Assembly: GCA_949358305.1 (NCBI GenBank)
Contig: OX442314.1
Span: 1,054,001 to 1,118,000 of the forward strand
Source of the DNA: Strigamia acuminata
Taxonomy: Eukaryota
Direction: 5' to 3'
Length of the DNA: 64,000 bases
The notes under the pieces were generated by a model, which worked only from the letters and a program-made list of their open reading frames with translations, ran no database searches and was not told the origin of the DNA. The position numbers and the translations under genes are program-made. Numbering within the stretch: position 1 is the stretch's first letter; each line of letters starts with the position of its first letter. Of the stretch, positions 22,695 to 34,100 are shown one piece after another.

Positions 22695-23795
22695 TGTGAC
22701 GATTCTACTTTTGGTTGATTTAATAGCCATTTAAGATAGTTAAATAATCGGTTTAAACAAGACGTTGCTAAGTTTAGCAACAACCTAACCGAGATAAGCT
22801 ACGGAAGCCTTCACAAACATGAATATGTAATCAAGTAGAAATAACTTACAGTTTCAGTGTGACATGACATATTTATTACTAAATACTAATAACAAAAGAT
22901 GGGTTCTGGACGCGTGTAAACGGGCGGCATCAACTGGTTGAGGATCCGGGCGAAGCCAGAGGGATACGGCTGACTTGCGGCATCGTCACAAATAGCGCTA
23001 CGGAGACGCGTTTGGTCCGCAGCTCGAATATCTAAACATGCGAAGAGTCCTTCGCATTAATCGGAATATTCGGCAGAATATTCCATGTTCCAAATGAATA
23101 AAAGTAAAGTGAGTAAAGTAATATAACAAATGAATTGTTATATAAATAATAATTGGGCGGGGACCGTCACGACAATTGAGAGAACGTCGCGGGAGTTGTT
23201 GAGACTCCATCCGCCAGCATGCCTTACGACGACAAGATCTCGTGATCAGGCGCCGAGTATTTAATTGTACGCTTTAACTCGCTATCGGTGGTACTAACCA
23301 CCAGGTAAACATTTATATGGACTTACCGGGTTTAAAAGATGTTGCCAATACAGGATTACCAATGCCCGAGTAATTTATTTAACACAGTGTTGTTCAACTC
23401 CTGTTCACGGGTTACTAACCCGGAGGGTACGATGGGGCGGGGACCGTCACGACGGTCGAGAGAACCATCGCGGGAGGATTTGACTCCTCCATCCGCCAGC
23501 ATGCCTTACGATGGCGGGATCCAACGATCGAGCACCGGGTAAAATATTATTTGGCCACTGCCGTTGGATTACCATTATCCAGGTAGTTATTTATCGCAAC
23601 ATCTACAGATATTACTCACGGGCTACCAACCCGGCGTGTTACTTGTGCATTAGGCCTTTACCGACTTTTAACGAGCGGAAGGACCAATCATAGAAAGACG
23701 GGAACCTGCGTGGGTTGTTTACAACAACCATCCTGCAGCGGACTGTGGCCAGTTAGCTGAGGGACCTACTTTCATTTAGCAAGGTCGTACTGTAT
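22695..23795 (-). repeat. Gypsy-A 5' LTR, interrupted after 1101 bp (U3 part not present in window)
   Basis: Matches 2792-3892, then switches abruptly to unrelated sequence. Confidence 0.92.
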
Positions 23796-25910
23796 CCTTA
23801 TGGCGCGCATGCGGATTTTGCGGAGTGCGAAAGGGACCCCATTTTTAACATTACGGCTGCCTATATGCTGATCCCCTGTTCGCAATTTTGCGGCGGATTT
23901 TGCGGATTTTGATCAATCCGCAGAAATTGCACTTTACAAGTTTATTTTATGATTTTGTACCATTTTGTAACTTAAAAACACAAATGAACAATGTAATCAC
24001 TCTATAATGCTGTTGGTTTAATCAGCACATTGTACTGCACAAAAACGCGCGCGCTCGCGATAGTACATCACCAAATGTACTTGCACTCACTCAAGTGGCA
24101 TTTTTAGCCATTTTTCGTAGTAAAAATGGCCGTTTTTCGTCAAAATGGTCATTTTCAGCCATTTTTCATAGTGAAAATGGCTTTCTTCGTCGTTTTTTCT
24201 ATAAAAAATGGCTGTTTTTCATCAAAAATGGCCGTTTTCATCATTGAAACGTTATAAAAATGTAACTTTTCAATGGCGTTTTGACGGAACCGATAAATTT
24301 TGAAATTTCACACATTGAAACCCTAATACAGGTGAATTAGTGACGCCTAATTTGTTTTAACAAATAAAGCAAACTACATCTCGCAATTTTGCATCGTACC
24401 GCATCACCTCGCCTCATTTCCGGTCTGGAAAATTAATGAAAATTAATAAACGCCCCGGCGTTTATTTGAGGCAATACGGCAATACGGCAATTGGAACCCG
24501 AAAATAACGTGGGGCTGTGTGAAAACCTGGATTTGAATTTCGTCAACGCGCGCGTTGACGCATGGGGAATGTGGGGGTCCCTTCCCAGTCAATTTCACCC
24601 CTAAAATATCCCGAAATTGACGATACATGCATTTCCAGTTAGAAAAATTGAGCTTCATGTAAATTTTGATTGTTTAGCTTTTTTTTGAAATTTCACCAAT
24701 TTTCCTTATCTCCAGCTTTCCTCGCTCATTTGACACCAAAATGACCTGCATTGAGGATTTTTCCCATAATCCTTTTCGCATGTATGGAGCGCAAACAGTC
24801 GCAATAAATGAATTCAGCGGAATTCGACCTTGAGTTTGCGACGCCATCTTGAATATGAGTAAAAGCACAGTATGGTGTCAATTATTCGAACTGATCGCGG
24901 AGCATGGGACAAAAATTGAATAAAAACGAAGAAATATGATTAAAATTCAACAGAAATCTACACAAAATGATAAAAAATGTATAAACATTGATCAGAAATC
25001 GACAAAAATCGACTGAAACCTGACAATAATCAATTCAGAATGACAAATAACGATTACAATTGGCAAAAATTGATCAAAAATACAGAAAAATCGATTAAAA
25101 ACCAGCAAAAAACGAACAGAAATCGATAAAATCAATTAAAAATCAACAAATAGCCATTTTGTTTGTTTTTGAACAAATTAAGAACTTTGAAAACACACGA
25201 CAATTTGAAAAAATAAAAACCGGGGTCAAATACGCGCAGCTACTCGTTTGAACGCCGGGGAGGTGTGGGTGATGTGCCTCGAATAAACGCCGGGGCGTTT
25301 ATTTATTACCAAGGCGGGATGTGAGGCGCGAATGAAAGCCCAAGTTGGACATTGCCTCGAATAAACGCCGGGGCATTTATTTATTTCCAAGACGGGAAGT
25401 GAGGCGAGATGATGCGGTGCGACGTATTCAAGGGGGTATTCAAGGCAGTACGCCATGTTTTTCACTATTATTCAAGGCAGTATGCCATGTTTTCCACTAT
25501 TATTCAAGGCCATGTTTTCCAGTATTTTATTTTTACCATTTTGTAAGTTTATTGCAATATGTATAAAGTTTATTGCTTTTTGTATGAAGAGTAGTATTCT
25601 TTGTGTAATGTGTCTTTATACACATCACACACAACGGTTTTTTCTGTTTTCTTCATGTTTATGTTTCGTGTATGCACGTGAAGCCCTGGCACATCTGTCG
25701 AACACCTGTACGCATTTGGACGCGCTCAAGGCGCTACATCGCGTGCTGAAACGCGCTGACGGCGCTACATCACGCATAGTAGCATATATATCACACACAT
25801 TTCGCGCCCACGACAAAGTACGAACTCATGGCGATCACCAAAGAACATTTACTTTTCCACACACGTTTTATTTTCTCACAGTCCTGTACACATTTAACTT
25901 GCGCGCGCAC
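23795..25910. mobile_element. Left arm of an unclassified non-coding insertion leading into the tandem/palindromic array
   Basis: Sharp boundary inside LTR-A at TGTA|TCCTTATGG; short periodic subrepeats (24100-24240, 24910-25150, 25425-25520) and an inverted repeat pair 24395-24475 / 25352-25425. Confidence 0.45.
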
Positions 25911-28900
25911 TTGCTAATGCTACGGTCGACGGCGATTCGCATGCGCTATCCGCTGCATCAAACCCCAAATACCGATCAAAAATCGCAGAAAACACTAATC
26001 CCGACCCAAAAACCGCCAAAATTACCCTCAACACACGCCAACAACCTTCCACCACTTAAATTACACCGGAAAAAAACAATTTCAAACCGAAAAATCAACA
26101 AAAAAGGCCAAAAAAATATTGCAAACAAAGAGAAAAGATCAATTATCGAGGCAAATCCCCACCACAAAACAACGCATCGCCGGTATACACTTAAGCGTAC
26201 AGTGCACAACACTACTGTTTATTTTCAATGATCCAATAAATAAAATTTGAAACAAAGTTGAGTGGAATTGTACGTTTCTTGTATATTAAAGTTTTTATTT
26301 TGTTTGTTTACACTTAATTTTTTTTTTCCATCATAGAATGGCGACTCGATACTTTTGTAGCTCGAATTCACTTCGTAAACGTGGTCGGTGTTCATCACGC
26401 GTCAATGCGCTCGTGCAATAGTATAGGCGCGCATACGATTTGATGCGCGCAAAACTTGCAAAACTTGCACGGAATTTGGGCAATTTTTGACAAATTTCAG
26501 CAGATTTTTGCCTGTATTTGACAAATTTCAGAAGATTTTTGCCTATATTTGACAAATTTCAGAAGATTTCCTCAATCCTCAAACATTTGCTGAAATTTCT
26601 CATAAAATTTCTAAAATTAATTGAAATTTGTCTGAAATTTGTCTGGAATTTGTCAAATATTGTCAAAAATCCGTGGAAATTTGTCAAATACTGGCAAAAA
26701 TCCATGTAAATTTGTCAAAAATTGCCATAATTCGGTGCAAATTGTGTTAGATATTGGAAAAATTTATTTTAACGCTTCCAACGCGCCAGTAAATCGCGCG
26801 TGCACACGCATGGATTTTTTGTCATAGTTGGATGCGCGCAAACCTCACGTAACTTGCGCCAAAATTTGGCAATTTTTGACAAATTTCAGCAGATTTTTGC
26901 CAGTATTTGACAAATTTCCACTGATTTTTGACAATATTTGACCCAACAACTGCGCCACGTTCCAGGCGCCGGTTTAGGCATTTTAGACCCGTTTTAGACC
27001 GTTTTAGATGGCGAAAACGTTCTCTCCATCATTTTCTACCCCTGGGTGAGGTTTTCAGCGTTCATAATTGATGAAAAAGCTGTTTTCTAACTAGCTGTCC
27101 CATTGCTAGTTTTGGCGTCAGGTTTTAGCAACCTTCCGATCCGACTCTGTCGTCTGCACGACCTCCAAGACTGTTTTAGGGTTAATTTGAGTCAAATAAT
27201 TCATTCTGGGTGTTGTTTTGGGTTTTTTACAAGTGTGTTTTTGTAGTTTTTATTGGTTTCAAACATTGTCAATTCTTTATACAAGTGTAACTTTCATTTC
27301 TCTGTATTTTGAGAACTTTGCATTGCAGCAAAGTTCATTTCTTGCCCCTTAATTATTGTGTAATTGTTGGTTTTCAAGCCCGTTTTTTAACAATAACTTT
27401 ATTTGAAGTGCCTATTGTTTCAGGCACGTGCTTCCACGTGCCTTTTATTGTTGAGCAATTTCTTGGGCAGTTGCGCTCCTGTTGCTAGCATTGCCGCGCG
27501 TTCTCCGCGCGCGTACTCGCGTTTCGCATCACACACATTCGGATTCGATGGCCTATCGCGGCGGCACATTGTGCGGCATAGCGCGGCACGTTGCAATTGC
27601 TAATGCTACGGTCGACGGCGATTCGCATGCGCTATCCGCTGCATCAAACCCCAAATACCGATAAAAAATCGCAGAAAACACTAATCCCGACCCAAAAACC
27701 GCCAAAATTACCCTCAACACACGCCAACAACCTTCCACCACTTAAATTACACCGGAAAAAAACAATTTCAAACCGAAAAATCAACAAAAAAGGCCAAAAA
27801 AATATTGCAAACAAAGAGAAAAGATCAATTATCGAGGCAAATCCCCACCACAAAACAACGCATCGCCGGTATACACTTAAGCGTACAGTGCACAACACTA
27901 CTGTTTATTTTCAATGATCCAATAAATAAAATTTGAAACAAAGTTGAGTGGAATTGTACGTTTCTTGTATATTAAAGTTTTTATTTTGTTTGTTTACACT
28001 TAATTTTTTTTTTCCATCATAGAATGGCGACTCGATACTTTTGTAGCTCGAATTCACTTCGTAAACGTGGTCGGTGTTCATCACGCGTCAATGCGCTCGT
28101 GCAATAGTATAGGCGCGCATACGATTTGATGCGCGCAAAACTTGCAAAACTTGCACGGAATTTGGGCAATTTTTGACAAATTTCAGCAGATTTTTGCCTG
28201 TATTTGACAAATTTCAGAAGATTTTTGCCTATATTTGACAAATTTCAGAAGATTTCCTCAATCCTCAAACATTTGCTGAAATTTCTCATAAAATTTCAAA
28301 AATTAATTGAAATTTGTCTGAAATTTGTCTGGAATTTGTCAAATATTGTCAAAAATCCGTGGAAATTTGTCAAATACTGGCAAAAATCCATGTAAATTTG
28401 TCAAAAATTGCCATAATTCGGTGCAAATTGTGTTAGATATTGGAAAAATTTATTTTAACGCTTCCAACGCGCCAGTAAATCGCGCGTGCACACGCATGGA
28501 TTTTTCGTCATAGTTGGATGCGCGCAAACCTCACGTAACTTGCGCCAAAATTTGGCAATTTTTGACAAATTTCAGCAGATTTTTGCCAGTATTTGACAAA
28601 TTTCCACTGATTTTTGACAATATTTGACCCAACAACTGCGCCACGTTCCAGGCGCCGGTTTAGGCATTTTAGACCCGTTTTAGACCGTTTTAGATGGCGA
28701 AAACGTTCTCTCCATCATTTTCTACCCCTGGGTGAGGTTTTCAGCGTTCATAATTGATGAAAAAGCTGTTTTCTAACTAGCTGTCCCATTGCTAGTTTTG
28801 GCGTCAGGTTTTAGCAACCTTCCGATCCGACTCTGTCGTCTGCACGACCTCCAAGACTGTTTTAGGGTTAATTTGAGTCAAATAATTCATTCTGGGTGTT

Positions 28901-29409
28901 GTTTTGGGTTTTTTACAAGTGTGTTTTTGTAGTTTTTATTGGTTTCAAACATTGTCAATTCTTTATACAAGTGTAACTTTCATTTCTCTGTATTTTGAGA
29001 ACTTTGCATTGCAGCAAAGTTCATTTCTTGCCCCTTAATTATTGTGTAATTGTTGGTTTTCAAGCCCGTTTTTTAACAATAACTTTATTTGAAGTGCCTA
29101 TTGTTTCAGGCACGTGCTTCCACGTGCCTTTTATTGTTGAGCAATTTCTTGGGCAGTTGCGCTCCTGTTGCTAGCATTGCCGCGCGTTCTCCGCGCGCGT
29201 ACTCGCGCGTTTCGCATCACACACATTCGGGTTCAATGGCCTATCGCGGCGGCACATTGTGTGGCATAGCGCGGCACGTTGCAATTACGTGACGTGGCAC
29301 GTTGCTGTTACGTGACGCGATAGCCAGTATTTAAGCAGGGGATTCCATCATCGTTTACACAAATGCGCATTGCAACGTGGAGGCGCATTCGAGTCCTTTT
29401 CCCAAGCGT

Positions 29410-30073
29410 TGAAAAAGGACAAAACTCGTATTCGATTCGAAAGCGAATCGAATACGATTTTTGTCCTTTTTCAACGCAAAATTGTATTCGATTCGCTTTC
29501 GAATCGAATACGAGTTTTGCCCTTCTTCAACGCGAAATCGTATTCGACTCGCTTTCGAGTCGAATGCGAATTTTTCCCTTCTTCAACGCGAAATCGTATT
29601 CGACTCGTTTTCGAGTCGAGTACGAGTTTTGCCCTTCTTCAACGCGAAATCGTATTCGACTCGTTTTCGAGTCGAATACGAGTTTTGCCCTTCTTCAACG
29701 CGAAATCGTATTCGACTCGTTTTCGAGTCGAGTACGAGTTTTGCCCTTCTTCAACGCGAAATCGTATTCGACTCGTTTTCGAGTCGAGTACGAGTTTTGC
29801 CCTTCTTCAACGCGAAATCGTATTCGACTCGTTTTCGAGTCGAATACGAGTTTTGCCCTTCTTCAACGCGAAATCGTATTCGACTCGTTTTCGAGTCGAG
29901 TACGAGTTTTGCCCTTCTTCAACGCGAAATCGTATTCGACTCGTTTTCGAGTCGAATACGAGTTTTGCCCTTCTTCAACGCGAAATCGTATTCGACTCGT
30001 TTTCGAGTCGAGTACGAGTTTTGCCCTTCTTCAACGCGAAATCGTATTCGACTCGTTTTCGAGTCGAATACGA
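29410..30073 (+). repeat. 56-bp hairpin minisatellite, about 12 copies (mirror copy 31177-31840; further blocks 45466-46129 and diverged 48303-48950)
   Basis: Unit CTTCTTCAACGCGAAATCGTATTCGACTCGTTTTCGAGTCGA(A/G)TACGAGTTTTGCC with a 14-bp stem and TTTT loop. Confidence 0.95.
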
Positions 30074-31179
30074 GATAGTCGATGACCCGTTCCCGGACTT
30101 TGACTCGTACGACTCGTATTCGAGATGTATTCGAGATGTATTCGAGATGTATTCGAATCGTATTCGAGTCGCATTCGAGATGGTCGATGATTTCCACTCG
30201 CTCGTATACGCGTTGTATACGAGCTCGTATTTTGATCGTAATCGTAAACGAATCGTTTACAAGTCGTATACAAGTTGTATACGACGTGTATACACCTCGT
30301 ATACGAACGAAGTTTGGAAAATCCACCGGATACTTACTACGACATGAAAACACATAGTAGTCACATACGTCTTATTTGGAAATTGTGTTTTCACAAACTT
30401 CGTTCGTATACGAGGTGTATACACGTCGTATACAACTTGTATACGACTTGTAAACGATTCGTTTACGATTACGATCAAAATACGAGCTCGTATACAACGC
30501 GTATACGAGCGAGTGGAAATCATCGACCATCTCGAATGCGACTCGAATACGATTCGAATACATCTCGAATACATCTCGAATACGAGTCGTACGAGTCAAA
30601 GTCCGGGAACGGGTCATCGACTATCTCGTATTCGAGTTGTTACGAGTTCGTATTTTGATCGTATTCGTATTCGAATCGAATTCGAATCGTATTCGAATCG
30701 AATTCGAGTCGTATTCGAGATGGTCGATGATTTCCACTCGCTCGTATACGCGTTGTATACGAGCTCGTATTTTGATCGTAATCGTAAACGAATCGTTTAC
30801 AAGTCGTATACAAGTTGTATACGACGTGTATACACCTCGTATACGAACGAAGTTTGTGAAAACACAATTTCCAAATAAGACGTATGTGACTACTATGTGT
30901 TTTCATGTCGTAGTAAGTATCCGGTGGATTTTCCAAACTTCGTTCGTATACGAGGTGTATACACGTCGTATACAACTTGTATACGACTTGTAAACGATTC
31001 GTTTACGATTACGATCAAAATACGAGCTCGTATACAACGCGTATACGAGCGAGTGGAAATCATCGACCATCTCGAATGCGACTCGAATACGATTCGAATA
31101 CATCTCGAATACATCTCGAATACATCTCGAATACGAGTCGTACGAGTCAAAGTCCGGGAACGGGTCATCGACTATCTCG
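30071..31179. repeat. Two 540-bp hairpin units at the centre of palindrome 1, loops in opposite orientation
   Basis: Long CpG-rich stems around 77-nt loops at 30317-30393 and 30857-30933, which are reverse complements of each other. Confidence 0.9.
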
Positions 31180-34100
31180 TATTCGACTCGAAAACGAGTC
31201 GAATACGATTTCGCGTTGAAGAAGGGCAAAACTCGTACTCGACTCGAAAACGAGTCGAATACGATTTCGCGTTGAAGAAGGGCAAAACTCGTATTCGACT
31301 CGAAAACGAGTCGAATACGATTTCGCGTTGAAGAAGGGCAAAACTCGTACTCGACTCGAAAACGAGTCGAATACGATTTCGCGTTGAAGAAGGGCAAAAC
31401 TCGTATTCGACTCGAAAACGAGTCGAATACGATTTCGCGTTGAAGAAGGGCAAAACTCGTACTCGACTCGAAAACGAGTCGAATACGATTTCGCGTTGAA
31501 GAAGGGCAAAACTCGTACTCGACTCGAAAACGAGTCGAATACGATTTCGCGTTGAAGAAGGGCAAAACTCGTATTCGACTCGAAAACGAGTCGAATACGA
31601 TTTCGCGTTGAAGAAGGGCAAAACTCGTACTCGACTCGAAAACGAGTCGAATACGATTTCGCGTTGAAGAAGGGAAAAATTCGCATTCGACTCGAAAGCG
31701 AGTCGAATACGATTTCGCGTTGAAGAAGGGCAAAACTCGTATTCGATTCGAAAGCGAATCGAATACAATTTTGCGTTGAAAAAGGACAAAAATCGTATTC
31801 GATTCGCTTTCGAATCGAATACGAGTTTTGTCCTTTTTCAACGCTTGGGAAAAGGACTCGAATGCGCCTCCACGTTGCAATGCGCATTTGTGTAAACGAT
31901 GATGGAATCCCCTGCTTAAATACTGGCTATCGCGTCACGTAACAGCAACGTGCCACGTCACGTAATTGCAACGTGCCGCGCTATGCCACACAATGTGCCG
32001 CCGCGATAGGCCATTGAACCCGAATGTGTGTGATGCGAAACGCGCGAGTACGCGCGCGGAGAACGCGCGGCAATGCTAGCAACAGGAGCGCAACTGCCCA
32101 AGAAATTGCTCAACAATAAAAGGCACGTGGAAGCACGTGCCTGAAACAATAGGCACTTCAAATAAAGTTATTGTTAAAAAACGGGCTTGAAAACCAACAA
32201 TTACACAATAATTAAGGGGCAAGAAATGAACTTTGCTGCAATGCAAAGTTCTCAAAATACAGAGAAATGAAAGTTACACTTGTATAAAGAATTGACAATG
32301 TTTGAAACCAATAAAAACTACAAAAACACACTTGTAAAAAACCCAAAACAACACCCAGAATGAATTATTTGACTCAAATTAACCCTAAAACAGTCTTGGA
32401 GGTCGTGCAGACGACAGAGTCGGATCGGAAGGTTGCTAAAACCTGACGCCAAAACTAGCAATGGGACAGCTAGTTAGAAAACAGCTTTTTCATCAATTAT
32501 GAACGCTGAAAACCTCACCCAGGGGTAGAAAATGATGGAGAGAACGTTTTCGCCATCTAAAACGGTCTAAAACGGGTCTAAAATGCCTAAACCGGCGCCT
32601 GGAACGTGGCGCAGTTGTTGGGTCAAATATTGTCAAAAATCAGTGGAAATTTGTCAAATACTGGCAAAAATCTGCTGAAATTTGTCAAAAATTGCCAAAT
32701 TTTGGCGCAAGTTACGTGAGGTTTGCGCGCATCCAACTATGACAAAAAATCCATGCGTGTGCACGCGCGATTTACTGGCGCGTTGGAAGCGTTAAAATAA
32801 ATTTTTCCAATATCTAACACAATTTGCACCGAATTATGGCAATTTTTGACAAATTTACATGGATTTTTGCCAGTATTTGACAAATTTCCACGGATTTTTG
32901 ACAATATTTGACAAATTCCAGACAAATTTCAGACAAATTTCAATTAATTTTAGAAATTTTATGAGAAATTTCAGCAAATGTTTGAGGATTGAGGAAATCT
33001 TCTGAAATTTGTCAAATATAGGCAAAAATCTTCTGAAATTTGTCAAATACAGGCAAAAATCTGCTGAAATTTGTCAAAAATTGCCCAAATTCCGTGCAAG
33101 TTTTGCAAGTTTTGCGCGCATCAAATCGTATGCGCGCCTATACTATTGCACGAGCGCATTGACGCGTGATGAACACCGACCACGTTTACGAAGTGAATTC
33201 GAGCTACAAAAGTATCGAGTCGCCATTCTATGATGGAAAAAAAAAATTAAGTGTAAACAAACAAAATAAAAACTTTAATATACAAGAAACGTACAATTCC
33301 ACTCAACTTTGTTTCAAATTTTATTTATTGGATCATTGAAAATAAACAGTAGTGTTGTGCACTGTACGCTTAAGTGTATACCGGCGATGCGTTGTTTTGT
33401 GGTGGGGATTTGCCTCGATAATTGATCTTTTCTCTTTGTTTGCAATATTTTTTTGGCCTTTTTTGTTGATTTTTCGGTTTGAAATTGTTTTTTTCCGGTG
33501 TAATTTAAGTGGTGGAAGGTTGTTGGCGTGTGTTGAGGGTAATTTTGGCGGTTTTTGGGTCGGGATTAGTGTTTTCTGCGATTTTTGATCGGTATTTGGG
33601 GTTTGATGCAGCGGATAGCGCATGCGAATCGCCGTCGACCGTAGCATTAGCAATTGCAACCTGCCGCGCTATGCCACACAATGTGCCGCCGCGATAGGCC
33701 ATCGAATCCGAATGTGTGTGATGCGAAACGCGAGTACGCGCGCGGAGAACGCGCGGCAATGCTAGCAACAGGAGCGCAACTGCCCAAGAAATTGCTCAAC
33801 AATAAAAGGCACGTGGAAGCACGTGCCTGAAACAATAGGCACTTCAAATAAAGTTATTGTTAAAAAACGGGCTTGAAAACCAACAATTACACAATAATTA
33901 AGGGGCAAGAAATGAACTTTGCTGCAATGCAAAGTTCTCAAAATACAGAGAAATGAAAGTTACACTTGTATAAAGAATTGACAATGTTTGAAACCAATAA
34001 AAACTACAAAAACACACTTGTAAAAAACCCAAAACAACCCCCAGAATGAATTATTTGACTCAAATTAACCCTAAAACGGTCTTGGAGGTCGTGCAGACGA

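Larger units (their letters stand above)
2792..23795 (-). mobile_element. Ty3/Gypsy LTR retrotransposon (Gypsy-A), about 14.4 kb when reconstructed; 5' LTR interrupted, Copia nested inside
   Basis: Direct-repeat LTRs at 2792 and 22695 (offset 19903), PBS next to right LTR, PPT next to left LTR, gag plus PR-RT-RH-IN on minus strand. Confidence 0.95.

Noticed and set aside
25911..27596. 1686-bp unit as rDNA spacer, 5S or snRNA gene repeat
   Set aside because: I could not recognise any rRNA, 5S or snRNA sequence; an Infernal/Rfam scan would be needed to exclude it fully.
29410..30073. CRISPR-like palindromic repeats
   Set aside because: No unique spacers, no cas genes, eukaryotic context.
29363..31887. 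Long ORFs of 200-325 aa in all three frames (also 45419-49000)
   Set aside because: By-product of a 56-bp repeat lacking stop codons; the same peptide cycles through every frame.
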